From the NCBI GenBank assembly GCA_963807925.1, contig CAWEDP010000003.1:192049-256048 (forward strand): a stretch of DNA of 64,000 nucleotides, written 5' to 3'. Positions 40,950 through 53,951 of the stretch are shown in pieces. Source of the DNA: an uncultured Acidobacteriota bacterium. GTDB lineage: Bacteria; Acidobacteriota; Vicinamibacteria; Vicinamibacterales; CAVVIG01. The notes beneath the pieces were generated by a model. The model was given only the letters and a program-made list of their open reading frames with translations. It made no database searches and was not told the origin of the DNA. A program made the position numbers and the translations under genes. Within the stretch, counting starts at the first letter, position 1. Every line of letters starts with the position of its first letter.

Positions 40950-42269
40950 TTGCCCGTGCCCACACCAGTTGACATCGCCCCTGCACGCGGCAAGCTTGGC
41001 GTGATGCTCGTCGGCATGGGAGCCGTCAGCACCACGACCATCGCGGGCGTGCTCGCCATTCGCCGAGGACTCGCGCAGCCGATCGGATCGCTGACGCAGA
41101 TGGGGACCGTCCGTCTCGGCAAGCGGACCGAAGGCCGCTCGCCGAAGATCACCGACGTGGTCCCCCTTGCGTCGCTGGACGATCTCGTCTTCGGGGCCTG
41201 GGACATCTTCGACGAGGACTGCTACAGCGCCGCGCGCACCGCCGGTGTGATCGAGCCCTCGCTGCTCGACAAGCTGCGGCCCGAGCTCGAACAGATCCGC
41301 GCCTGGCCGGCGGTCTTCGATCGGCACTACGTCAAGCGCCTCGAGGGTCCGAACGTCAAGCAGGGGAAGAACAAGAAGGAGCTGGCGGAGCAGGTCGCCG
41401 ACGACATCAGGCGATTCAAGGCCGCGCACCAGCTCGATCGGCTCGTGATGGTCTGGTGCGGCAGCACCGAGATCTTCATGACCGAATCGCCGGCCCACGC
41501 GTCGATCGAGGCGTTCGAGCGCGCGCTCGAATGCAACGATCCGTCGATCCCGTCGAGCATGGTGTACGCGTACGCGGCGATCCGCGAGGGGATTCCGTAC
41601 GCGAACGCCGCGCCGAACCTCACCGCCGACATCCCGGCGCTGGTGGCGCTGGCCGCGCGGACACGGACGCCGCTCGCCGGCAAGGATTTGAAGACCGGGC
41701 AGACCCTGATCAAGACGATCATCGCGCCGGGACTCAAGGCGCGCCTGCTCGGCGTCAAGGGCTGGTACTCCGGCAACATCCTGGGGAACCGCGACGGCGA
41801 GGTCCTCGACGATCCGGAATCGTTCAAGACCAAGGAAGAGAGCAAGAAGTCGGTCCTCGACTACATCTTCCAGCCGCAACTGTACCCGGAGCTCTACGGC
41901 GATCTCTGCCACGTCGTGCGCATCAACTACTATCCGCCGCGCGGCGACAACAAAGAGGGGTGGGACAACATCGATCTCGTCGGCTGGCTCGGCTACCCGA
42001 TGCAGCTGAAGATCAACTTCCTCTGCCGCGACAGCATTCTGGCGGCGCCGATCGTCCTGGACGTTGCGCTGTTCCTCGATCTCGCCAGGCGCGCCGGGAT
42101 GTCCGGCATCCAGGAGTGGCTGTCGTTCTACTTCAAGAGTCCGATGCACGCGCCCGGGCTGTATCCCGAGCACGATCTGTTCATCCAGCTGATGAAGCTG
42201 AAGAACACGCTGAGGTTCCTCAAAGGCGAGGAGCTCATCACGCACCTGGGACGCGAATACTACGACTGA
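40950..42269 (+). CDS. ino1: myo-Inositol-3-phosphate synthase
   Basis: ..KLGVMLVGMGAVSTTTIAG.. (Rossmann start), ..LVMVWCGSTE..YAYAAIREGIPYANAAPN..GKDLKTGQTLIKT..GWYSGNILGNRDGEVL..SKKSVLD..YYPPRGDNKEGWDNIDL..CRDSILAAPIVLD.. are the conserved MIPS blocks. The start is TTG 40950; GTG 40956 is also possible. Confidence 0.9.
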   Translation: MPVPTPVDIAPARGKLGVMLVGMGAVSTTTIAGVLAIRRGLAQPIGSLTQMGTVRLGKRTEGRSPKITDVVPLASLDDLVFGAWDIFDEDCYSAARTAGVIEPSLLDKLRPELEQIRAWPAVFDRHYVKRLEGPNVKQGKNKKELAEQVADDIRRFKAAHQLDRLVMVWCGSTEIFMTESPAHASIEAFERALECNDPSIPSSMVYAYAAIREGIPYANAAPNLTADIPALVALAARTRTPLAGKDLKTGQTLIKTIIAPGLKARLLGVKGWYSGNILGNRDGEVLDDPESFKTKEESKKSVLDYIFQPQLYPELYGDLCHVVRINYYPPRGDNKEGWDNIDLVGWLGYPMQLKINFLCRDSILAAPIVLDVALFLDLARRAGMSGIQEWLSFYFKSPMHAPGLYPEHDLFIQLMKLKNTLRFLKGEELITHLGREYYD

Positions 42270-42300
42270 CGCGCCCCCTGATCGCGACCGGATAGTCCCT

Positions 42301-42789
42301 ATGAGAGCGTCGACTCTGCAGCCGGCATTCATCGGCGGCCTCGTGACCGGGGTGCTGTCCGCCCTTCCGATCATCGCGGGCGGCAACCTGTGCTGCTGTC
42401 TCTGGCTCGTCAGCGGCGGCATGGTGGCCGCCTATTTCCTGCAGCAGAACCAGTCGACGGCGATCGCCGCGGCCGACGGCGCGGTGGTCGGCCTGCTCGC
42501 GGGCCTCATCGGCGCGTTCGTCTACCTGGTGGTGTCGATTCCGGTGGCGATTCTGATGGCGCCGTTCGAACAGCGGGTCATCGAGCGCCTCGCCGAATCG
42601 ATGGAGAACGTCCCGCCGCAGCTTCGCAGCTACGCGGGGCGGCCGATCGCGGTCGGCGTGCGGACGATCGTCGGCTTCGGGTTCATGCTCGTGCTCGGGG
42701 CGATCTTCTCGACGCTGGGCGGCCTGCTGGGCGCGGCGATCTTCGCCAAGAAGTCGCCGCCAGGGGTGATCGACGTGCCGCCCGCCTGA
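42301..42789 (+). CDS. Small hypothetical membrane protein (about 4 TM helices)
   Basis: ..FIGGLVTGVLSALPIIAGGNLCCCLWLVSGGMVAAYFL.. and three further hydrophobic helices. I recognise no family. It lies 31 nt downstream of ino1. Confidence 0.55.
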   Translation: MRASTLQPAFIGGLVTGVLSALPIIAGGNLCCCLWLVSGGMVAAYFLQQNQSTAIAAADGAVVGLLAGLIGAFVYLVVSIPVAILMAPFEQRVIERLAESMENVPPQLRSYAGRPIAVGVRTIVGFGFMLVLGAIFSTLGGLLGAAIFAKKSPPGVIDVPPA

Positions 42790-42877
42790 GCCGCGGCCGC
42801 CTCACGCCGGGCCCGGCCGCCGACACCGCACCGAACCGCGGGCGCCGCGTTGACGTATCCTTATCTGGTCTCCCCGT

Positions 42878-43564
<687 letters not shown>

Positions 43565-43590
43565 GCGCTGGCGTCCGCCTGGGTGACCCC

Positions 43591-43630
43591 GCTCTACTAC
43601 AGCTCCCGCTCTTCTACTGCAGCTCCCGCT
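43591..43630. repeat. Tandem duplication (2 x 20 nt, 17/20 identical) covering the 3' end and stop codon of the aldolase gene
   Basis: gctctactacagctcccgct (43591-43610) / cttctactgcagctcccgct (43611-43630). The second copy encodes ..KRELQ* of the minus-strand gene. The first copy is its out-of-gene duplicate. Confidence 0.7.
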
Positions 43631-44420
43631 TCCAGAGGTCCCAGGCGCGATCGTAGTTGTTCGACGCGTTGTACAGGCGGGCTTCGTCCGGCTCGAGGTA
43701 CGTGATCGGGCCGCCGAGCGCCATCGCCTGCGCCTGCAGCCGCGCGTTCATGTCGAGATACACGCTGCGGCCGACGACGGTCGGGATCGATCCGCCGACG
43801 ACGACGGCGCCGTGGCCGCGCATGAGGGCGGCCGGACCGGGGCCGAGCGTCTCGGCCAGCGCCCGGCCGCGCGACTTGTCTTCGATGAGCATGTCGGTCA
43901 TGCCGGCGGCCCTCCGGATCTCGAAGATCGGCACGCCGTCGGCGACAAACGCACTCTGGTGATAGATGGGCCGGAGCGGCACCCCCGTGACCCCGAACGG
44001 GATGAGCGACGGCGTGTGGCAGTGCACCACGGCGTTCACGTCGCCTCGCGCCCGGTAGATCTCGCTGTGGATGAACCGCTCCTTGTACGACGCGGGCCCC
44101 CCGGCTTTCACCGGATTGGCGTCGAGATCGTATTCGAGGATGTCGGCCGGCTCCACGAGCGCCGGCGCGACCGAGCGCGCCAGCAGGAAATGGTCGCGCG
44201 TCCCGGGATGGCGCACGCTCACGTGGCCGAACCCGTCCAGCACCTGCTCGCGTGCCAGGATCCGGTTGGCGGCGACCAGATCGGCCACGAGATCGGCCAC
44301 CGACTGCACCGTTGCCGGCTGCTGGAGACCGGCAAACGCCCGCTCTCGCCCCAAAAACAGGATCGCCGCACCGACGCCCCCGGCGGCCAGGAACCGCCGG
44401 CGGGGACACTCGCTGACCAT
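43614..44420 (-). CDS. Class II aldolase/adducin-family protein with a twin-arginine (Tat) signal peptide
   Basis: MVSECPRRRFLAAGGVGAAILFLGRERAFA (Tat-like), then ..LDGFGHVSVRHP..HSEIYRARGDVNAVVHCHTPSLIPF..LMRGHGAVVVG.. (class II aldolase His ligands). An alternative GTG start lies at 44465. Confidence 0.75.
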   Translation of the reverse strand: MVSECPRRRFLAAGGVGAAILFLGRERAFAGLQQPATVQSVADLVADLVAANRILAREQVLDGFGHVSVRHPGTRDHFLLARSVAPALVEPADILEYDLDANPVKAGGPASYKERFIHSEIYRARGDVNAVVHCHTPSLIPFGVTGVPLRPIYHQSAFVADGVPIFEIRRAAGMTDMLIEDKSRGRALAETLGPGPAALMRGHGAVVVGGSIPTVVGRSVYLDMNARLQAQAMALGGPITYLEPDEARLYNASNNYDRAWDLWKRELQ

Positions 44421-44482
44421 GCCGCAGATTGTAGCAGCGAGCCGAGTCCGGGCTCCGGCGACCACCGACGACTGCCGGCCGG

Positions 44483-45361
44483 TCAGATAGCCGCGAAATG
44501 GCCGTCGGAAACCTCCCGGAGCGTGGCACCGCGGTCCATGCCGGTCGGGTCGAACACGATTCGCTGCCGCGGCGCGTCGGGATCCGGCTCCGGAACCGCC
44601 GACAGCAGGGAGCGGGTATAGGGATGCCTGGGCGTCGCGAAGAGGGAGGCGGTCGGCGCCATCTCCACGATCCGTCCCAGATACATCACCGCCACCCGGT
44701 CGCAGATTTGCTGGACCAGGCGCAGATCGTGGGCGATGAACAGGTAGGTCAGCTTCAGCCGGCGCTGCAGATCCATCAGCAGGTTCACGACCTGCGCCTG
44801 AATGGAGACGTCGAGTGCCGAGACGGGCTCGTCGAGCAGCAGAAACGACGGCTCGAGCGCCAGGGCGCGCGCCAGCCCGATGCGCTGGCGCTGGCCGCCG
44901 CTGAACTCGTGCGGATAGCGGTCGAGTTGTGACCCGTTCAGGCCGACCAGGCCGAACAGCTCGGCCACCCGCTGTCGCCGCGCCGCGCGGCTGCCCAGCC
45001 CATGGATGATGAGCGGCTCTTCCACGATCTCCCGCGCCCGCATGCGCGGGTTCAGCGAGGAGTACGGATCCTGGAAGACGATCTGCATGTGGCGGCGCAG
45101 CTCACGCATGCGCGCGCGCGAGGCCGCGCCCACCTCCTCGCCGCGAAAGCGGATGGCTCCAGACGTCGCGTCCACCAGGCGCAGGATGCAGCGGGCCGTC
45201 GTGGTCTTGCCGCTGCCGGATTCGCCGACCAGGCCGAAGGTCTCCCCCTCCTGAATCGCGAAGCTCACGTCGTCGACCGCGGTGACGACCGTGCCCCCGC
45301 GCAACACGCCGCGGCCGCGCGGGAACGTCTTGACCAGATGCTCGACCTCGAGGAGCGGCAT
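44483..45361 (-). CDS. Oligopeptide/dipeptide-type ABC transporter ATP-binding protein (DppF/OppF-like)
   Basis: GESGSGKTT, ..[14 protein letters not shown].., [26 protein letters not shown], ..[12 protein letters not shown].. (oligopeptide C-terminal domain). The ATG overlaps the upstream stop (TGATG at 45359-45363). Confidence 0.85.
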   Translation of the reverse strand: MPLLEVEHLVKTFPRGRGVLRGGTVVTAVDDVSFAIQEGETFGLVGESGSGKTTTARCILRLVDATSGAIRFRGEEVGAASRARMRELRRHMQIVFQDPYSSLNPRMRAREIVEEPLIIHGLGSRAARRQRVAELFGLVGLNGSQLDRYPHEFSGGQRQRIGLARALALEPSFLLLDEPVSALDVSIQAQVVNLLMDLQRRLKLTYLFIAHDLRLVQQICDRVAVMYLGRIVEMAPTASLFATPRHPYTRSLLSAVPEPDPDAPRQRIVFDPTGMDRGATLREVSDGHFAAI

Positions 45362-46323
45362 CAACGGGGCCGATAGAGGTAGCACCGCGCCGCGTGGGCG
45401 CGCCCGACGACGTATTCGGGCGGAGGCGCCGACGTGCACGGCTCGAATCGGTCGGGGCATCGCGGGTGGAAGGCGCAGCCAGAGGGCAGATCGCCCAGCA
45501 TCGGGACGGTCCCTTCGATCGCGCGCAGGCGTTCGCCCGGCGCGCCGCCCGGCACCGACGCGAGGAGGCCTCGCGTGTAGGGGTGCTGCGGCGCATGGAA
45601 CACGTCGCGGACGGTCCCTGTCTCGATGATTCGTCCCGCGTACATGACGGCCACGCGGTCCGCCGTCCCGGCAATCACGCCGAGATCGTGGGTGATGAGG
45701 AGGAGCGACAGGTTGAACGCCTCCTTCATCGTGCCAAGCAGGTCCAGGATCTGGGCCTGGATGGTCACGTCGAGGGCCGTGGTCGGCTCGTCGGCGATGA
45801 CGAGCGACGGCTTGCAGGCCACCGCGATGGCGATGAGCACGCGCTGGCGCATGCCGCCCGACAGCTGATGGGGATAATCGTGCACCCGGCGATTGGCCTC
45901 GGGCACGCCCGCGGCCTCGAGCAGCTCGACCGCCTGGGCGCGGGCGGCCCGGCCGGTGGCGAGCCGGTGAACGATCAGCGCCTCGGCAATCTGGTCGCCG
46001 ACCGTGAACACCGGGTTCAGCGCGGTCATCGGCTCCTGGAAGATGAATCCGATCCCGGCGCCCCGGATCGCGCGCATCTCGTGTTCCGAGAGGTCGAGCA
46101 GATTGCGGTCCCTGAACCGAATGGCGCCGCCGGCGATGCGGCCGGGTGGCTGCACGAGACGCACGAGCGACAGCGCCGTGACCGATTTCCCGCTGCCCGA
46201 CTCCCCGACGAGGCCGAGCGTCTCGCGTTCCCGAATCTCGAAGCTCACGTCGTCGACGGCGGGAACCGGTCCCGAGGGGAGGTCGAAGACGGTCGTCAGG
46301 TGCTCGACCGACAGGAGCGTCAT
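45361..46323 (-). CDS. Oligopeptide/dipeptide-type ABC transporter ATP-binding protein (DppD/OppD-like)
   Basis: GESGSGKSV, ..[12 protein letters not shown].., [25 protein letters not shown], ..[20 protein letters not shown].. (C-terminal Cys motif). Start at ATG 46323. Confidence 0.85.
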   Translation of the reverse strand: MTLLSVEHLTTVFDLPSGPVPAVDDVSFEIRERETLGLVGESGSGKSVTALSLVRLVQPPGRIAGGAIRFRDRNLLDLSEHEMRAIRGAGIGFIFQEPMTALNPVFTVGDQIAEALIVHRLATGRAARAQAVELLEAAGVPEANRRVHDYPHQLSGGMRQRVLIAIAVACKPSLVIADEPTTALDVTIQAQILDLLGTMKEAFNLSLLLITHDLGVIAGTADRVAVMYAGRIIETGTVRDVFHAPQHPYTRGLLASVPGGAPGERLRAIEGTVPMLGDLPSGCAFHPRCPDRFEPCTSAPPPEYVVGRAHAARCYLYRPR

Positions 46324-46363
46324 TCCCCGACACACCTCGCGGGCACGGCGGTCGGCCGCGCGC

Positions 46364-47950
<1,587 letters not shown>

Positions 47951-47994
47951 CGCAATTGTAACGCGATCGATATGTGCCTTCGGCCCGTAACTGC

Positions 47995-48023
47995 TTGACA
48001 GGACGCGCCCTCGGTCTTAAACT
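47995..48023 (+). promoter_or_regulatory. Sigma-70-like promoter candidate (TTGACA-N17-TAAACT) for the small ORF at 48155
   Basis: TTGACA at 47995-48000, a 17-nt spacer, then TAAACT at 48018-48023, in a locally AT-richer 200-nt intergenic region. It implies a ~125-nt leader. Confidence 0.45.
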
Positions 48024-48154
48024 CGGGTACCTACAAGATCACTTTTCCGCAACACTCGAAGTCGATTGGCGCCCGATCCCTGTACATCTCGTGGGTGTCG
48101 GATTCGGATCGGGAGGCGCCCCGGAACCCGGCCCGGCGCGCGAGGAGGAAGGAC

Positions 48155-48460
48155 ATGGACGACGTCGTCAACCGGTTCGCTCGAGAGCTGGCCGACGCGA
48201 TTGCCGCCGCGGTCGCGGAGAACATGCGGGTAGAAGCCTGCCGCGAGAAGGCGCGCGCGGCCGGGTACGAGATGAAGGTGACGCTCGAGGCGGTGGTGGG
48301 ATTCGTGAACCGCTCCCCGTCGACGGCGCTCGCCAAGGTGGCGACGCCCGCGCGCGTCGTCGCGCAGCAGAAGCGTGCCTTTGAAGTCACCGCCAACGAC
48401 CGTCGATTCCTCCGATCCCTGCGGATCGCCGCCGACGAGGCGGCCGAAGAGGTGAACTAG
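48155..48460 (+). CDS. Small hypothetical protein (101 aa, Ala/Glu/Arg-rich, predicted helical)
   Basis: ATG 48155 is preceded by GAGGAGGAAGGA. MDDVVNRFARELADAIAAAVAENMRVEACREKARAAGYEMKVTLEAVV... It is bracketed by its own promoter-like and terminator elements. I recognise no family. Confidence 0.5.
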   Translation: MDDVVNRFARELADAIAAAVAENMRVEACREKARAAGYEMKVTLEAVVGFVNRSPSTALAKVATPARVVAQQKRAFEVTANDRRFLRSLRIAADEAAEEVN

Positions 48461-48511
48461 ACCAACATTCGGTGAGGCGTCAACGCCGAATCGCACGGGC
48501 CGGCGCGCTGA

Positions 48512-50671
<2,160 letters not shown>

Positions 50672-51958
50672 TCAGGCCCCGCCACCGCGCCGATCCGCCT
50701 CGGCCTCGATCTGCAGCGCGTCCGGTCCGATCGGCACAATCAACGGCTCGTCGTCGGTGGTGACGACCACGATGCCGGATTCACTGACCGTGTGGCGGCG
50801 GCGGTCCTCCTCGGGGTTGTAGCCGATGAGCGCGCCGCGCGGAATGAGGACGTCGCGATCGATGATCGCGCGGCGGATCCGCGCGTGCCGGCCGACCCGC
50901 ACGCCCGGCATCATGATGCACTGCTCGATGTGGCAGAAGCTGTGCACCCGGACGTTGGGGCAGAGCACGCTGCCGAAGATGCTGCTGCCGGAGACGATGC
51001 AGCCGGGCGAGATCACCGAGTCGAGCGCCTGGCCGCATCGGCGCCCGGACTCGGCGAACACGAACTTCGCCGGCGGCGCCTGCGGCTGGTAGGTCCGCAG
51101 CGGCCATTCCGGATCGTACAGGTTGAATTCGGGGTTCACGCGGCAGAGGTCCATGCTCGCGTCGAAGTACGCGTCGATCGTGCCGATGTCGCGCCAGTAC
51201 TTCGCCGCCTTCTTGTTCTCGTCGTAGAAGCGGTACGCGAACACCGGCACGTCGTGGATCACGGCCGGGATGACGTCCTTGCCGAAATCGTGCGCCGTCG
51301 GCTGCGAGGCGTCGGCTTCGAGCGCGCCGACGAGCACGTCGGTGTCAAAGATATAGACGCCCATCGAGGCCAGGGCGATGTCGGGAGATCCCGGAATCGC
51401 TGAGGCGCTGGCCGGCTTCTCCCGGAACTCGGTGATCCGCTCGTCGGGGTCGATGGTCACCACGCCGAACCGTCCGATATCGGCGATCGGGATCTCGATG
51501 ACCGCCAGGGTGACCGCCGCCCCGCGCTCCTGGTGGGACCGGAGCATCCGCGCGTAGTCCATCTTGTAGACGTGGTCGCCCGCGAGCACGATCAGATGCT
51601 GCGGCATCTCCTGCATGATCGAATAGAGGTTCTGGTACACGGCGTCGGCCGTGCCTTGATACCACTGCTCGCCGACACGCTTCTGCGGCGGGATAATCTC
51701 GATGAACTCGCCGAGCTCCTCCGACACGATGCTCCAGCCCATGCGGATGTGCCGGTTGAGCGACAGCGACTTGTACTGCGTGGCGATGAAGATGCGGCGG
51801 AGCCCCGAGTTGATGCAGTTGCTCAGGACGAAGTCGATGATCCGGTACGGGCCGCCGAAGTACACAGCCGGCTTCGCGCGCTCCTTGGTGAGCGGGTACA
51901 GGCGTTCGCCGGCGCCGCCGGCGAGCACGATGACCAGGGAGTCGTCGATCGCCGCCAT
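50672..51958 (-). CDS. glgC: Glucose-1-phosphate adenylyltransferase
   Basis: ..VIVLAGGAGERLYPLTKERAKPAVYFGGPYRIIDFVLSNCINSG..QWYQGTADAVYQN..LAGDHVYKMDY..ASMGVYIF..YWRDIGTIDAYF.. Confidence 0.95.
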   Translation of the reverse strand: MAAIDDSLVIVLAGGAGERLYPLTKERAKPAVYFGGPYRIIDFVLSNCINSGLRRIFIATQYKSLSLNRHIRMGWSIVSEELGEFIEIIPPQKRVGEQWYQGTADAVYQNLYSIMQEMPQHLIVLAGDHVYKMDYARMLRSHQERGAAVTLAVIEIPIADIGRFGVVTIDPDERITEFREKPASASAIPGSPDIALASMGVYIFDTDVLVGALEADASQPTAHDFGKDVIPAVIHDVPVFAYRFYDENKKAAKYWRDIGTIDAYFDASMDLCRVNPEFNLYDPEWPLRTYQPQAPPAKFVFAESGRRCGQALDSVISPGCIVSGSSIFGSVLCPNVRVHSFCHIEQCIMMPGVRVGRHARIRRAIIDRDVLIPRGALIGYNPEEDRRRHTVSESGIVVVTTDDEPLIVPIGPDALQIEAEADRRGGGA

Positions 51959-51968
51959 CGGGACCCGT

Positions 51969-52595
51969 TCAGCCGTGGCGGAGGACGACGCGCGCCGGCG
52001 CGCCGTCGGCGCCGACGATGCGCAGCGGCAGGCAGATCATGTCGTAGATGCCCGGCTCGACGTCCCGCAGGTTGAGGCCCTCGATCAGGATCGTGCCGCC
52101 CCCGAGCAGCAGGTGATGGGCCGGGGCGCCCGGCTTCCTGAATTCCTCCACCGACAGGTAGTCGACGCCGACCACCTTGATGCCGTGCTCGAGCAGGTGC
52201 CGCGCGCCCGACTCGGTGATGCCCACATACTCCTGATGAAACGCGGCATCGGCCCAGAGCCGCGAGTTGGCCGTCTTGAGGAGCAGCCGCACGTCCTCCG
52301 ACAGGTCCATCCCCGACAGGTCCTCGGCGCCGACGCCCTTGCGCGAGGCGATCTCGATGACGCGCGTGCGGCCGACGAGCATCTCGAGCGGCAGACTCTC
52401 GGCGCCGGCGCCGCGGTCGAAGAAGTGGCGCGGTGCGTCGACGTGCGTGCCGGCGTGAACGCTCATATGGACCGATGAGACGTTCGAGCTGTCGCCCCGC
52501 GCCAGGCGCTTGATCGGCTCGAGCGTGAACGGAGTGTTCCCAGGATAGGTCGGCAGGCTCGCGTCGAGGGGAACCGTCACGTCGATGAGCTTCAT
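51969..52595 (-). CDS. Cyclase-family protein (kynurenine formamidase/arylformamidase-like)
   Basis: ..SVHAGTHVDAPRHF.. (HxGTHxDxPxH metal motif) and ..VGVDYLSVE..HHLLLGGGTILIEGLNL... Start at ATG 52595 (MKLIDV); TTG 52607 is possible. Confidence 0.8.
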   Translation of the reverse strand: MKLIDVTVPLDASLPTYPGNTPFTLEPIKRLARGDSSNVSSVHMSVHAGTHVDAPRHFFDRGAGAESLPLEMLVGRTRVIEIASRKGVGAEDLSGMDLSEDVRLLLKTANSRLWADAAFHQEYVGITESGARHLLEHGIKVVGVDYLSVEEFRKPGAPAHHLLLGGGTILIEGLNLRDVEPGIYDMICLPLRIVGADGAPARVVLRHG

Positions 52596-52733
52596 GAGGG
52601 GGCGCAACCGCCGGAAAACATGGATGATAGCACGCCGCTCGCGAGGTCCCCGCCGCGCGCGGCGTGTTTGACTTGGTCGTCTGGCGCCGCCTATGATGGA
52701 ACGTTCGTCAACGCATTGGGGAGCTTAGGTTTT

Positions 52734-53819
52734 ATGTTCAATCGTCACGTGCTCGGTCTCGCGACGGCGCTTGCACTCGCGGTGTCGACCGGTGTCGTTG
52801 CGCAGAAGGCGGGTGTCGCCCCGCAGAAGAACGACAAGAAGCAGACCGACGAGCAGAAGCGGGACATTCAGGCGGTCGTCAAGATCGTCGACGACGTGAC
52901 GGCCGGACAGCCGGCGCCCAACGACTTCAGCCTCGCCTGGTCGAACGCGGACTTCCTGAAGGCGCAGGGCAACAAGCAGTATGCGCCGTTCAGCGTGACG
53001 CTCGATGCGTCCAAGCTCCCGGGCGGCAACGCCGTGTTCTACTGGCGCGTCGTGTCGAAGGACGCCGCGCCGCCACCGCCGCCGCCGGCCGACACGAAGG
53101 ACAAGGACAAGAAAGACGACAAGAAGAACCAGCCCAAGCGTCCCGAGTACGCGTACGAAGACATCAGCTTTCTCACGGTCAACGGTCAGGGCACGCAGCG
53201 CGTGACGCGCTCCTTCACCGTGCCCGCCGGCGAGTACGACGTGTACGTCGCGGTCAAGGAACCGACCGCCAAGGACACGAAGGAGAAGAACCCGCCGGCC
53301 CCGAAGTTGTCGGTGATCAAGCAGGCCGTCACCGTCCCCAACTTCTGGAACGACGAGCTCTCCACGAGCTCCGTGATCGTCGCCGAACGCATCGATCCGC
53401 TGCCCGCCCCCCTGACGCCGCAGCAGCAGATCGAGCGGCCCTACGCGCTCGGCGGCATCGAGATCGTGCCGGCCACCGACATGAAGATGCCCAAGAAGGC
53501 CGAGCTCCAGACCTTCATGATCATCTACAACCCCAAGACCGACGCGATGAACAAGCCGGACGTGACAGTCGAGTACAACTTCTACACCAAGAGCGCCGGC
53601 ACCGAGAAGTTCTTCAACAAGACCACGCCGCAGGCGCTCAACGGGCAGACGCTGCCGCCGCAGTTCGACGTGGCCGCCGGCCACCAGCTCCAGGCGGGCC
53701 AGGGGGTGCCGCTCGCCTCGTTCCCCGAAGGGGACTACCGCCTCGAAATCAAAGTGACAGACAAGATCGCCAACAAGTCGCTCACCCGGGACGTCAATTT
53801 CACCGTTTCGGGAACCTAG
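52734..53819 (+). CDS. Secreted hypothetical protein with a Lys/Asp/Pro-rich low-complexity insert
   Basis: ATG 52734 with GGGGAG upstream. Signal peptide MFNRHVLGLATALALAVSTGVVAQ. ..PPPPPPADTKDKDKKDDKKNQPKRPEY... The C-terminal beta-rich part ends ..FPEGDYRLEIKVTDKIANKSLTRDVNFTV. I recognise no family. Confidence 0.6.
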   Translation: MFNRHVLGLATALALAVSTGVVAQKAGVAPQKNDKKQTDEQKRDIQAVVKIVDDVTAGQPAPNDFSLAWSNADFLKAQGNKQYAPFSVTLDASKLPGGNAVFYWRVVSKDAAPPPPPPADTKDKDKKDDKKNQPKRPEYAYEDISFLTVNGQGTQRVTRSFTVPAGEYDVYVAVKEPTAKDTKEKNPPAPKLSVIKQAVTVPNFWNDELSTSSVIVAERIDPLPAPLTPQQQIERPYALGGIEIVPATDMKMPKKAELQTFMIIYNPKTDAMNKPDVTVEYNFYTKSAGTEKFFNKTTPQALNGQTLPPQFDVAAGHQLQAGQGVPLASFPEGDYRLEIKVTDKIANKSLTRDVNFTVSGT

Positions 53820-53951
53820 AATGATTTCGCAATCCGTCGCGGCCGGGTCCCGAGGCGGCGCGCATCGTTGAACGAGCCCACGGAACGCACGAGCGGATCC
53901 GGCGCGGCGCTTGCACTCCTGCAGCGGCCGTCACCGCGGGGCTGAGACAAC

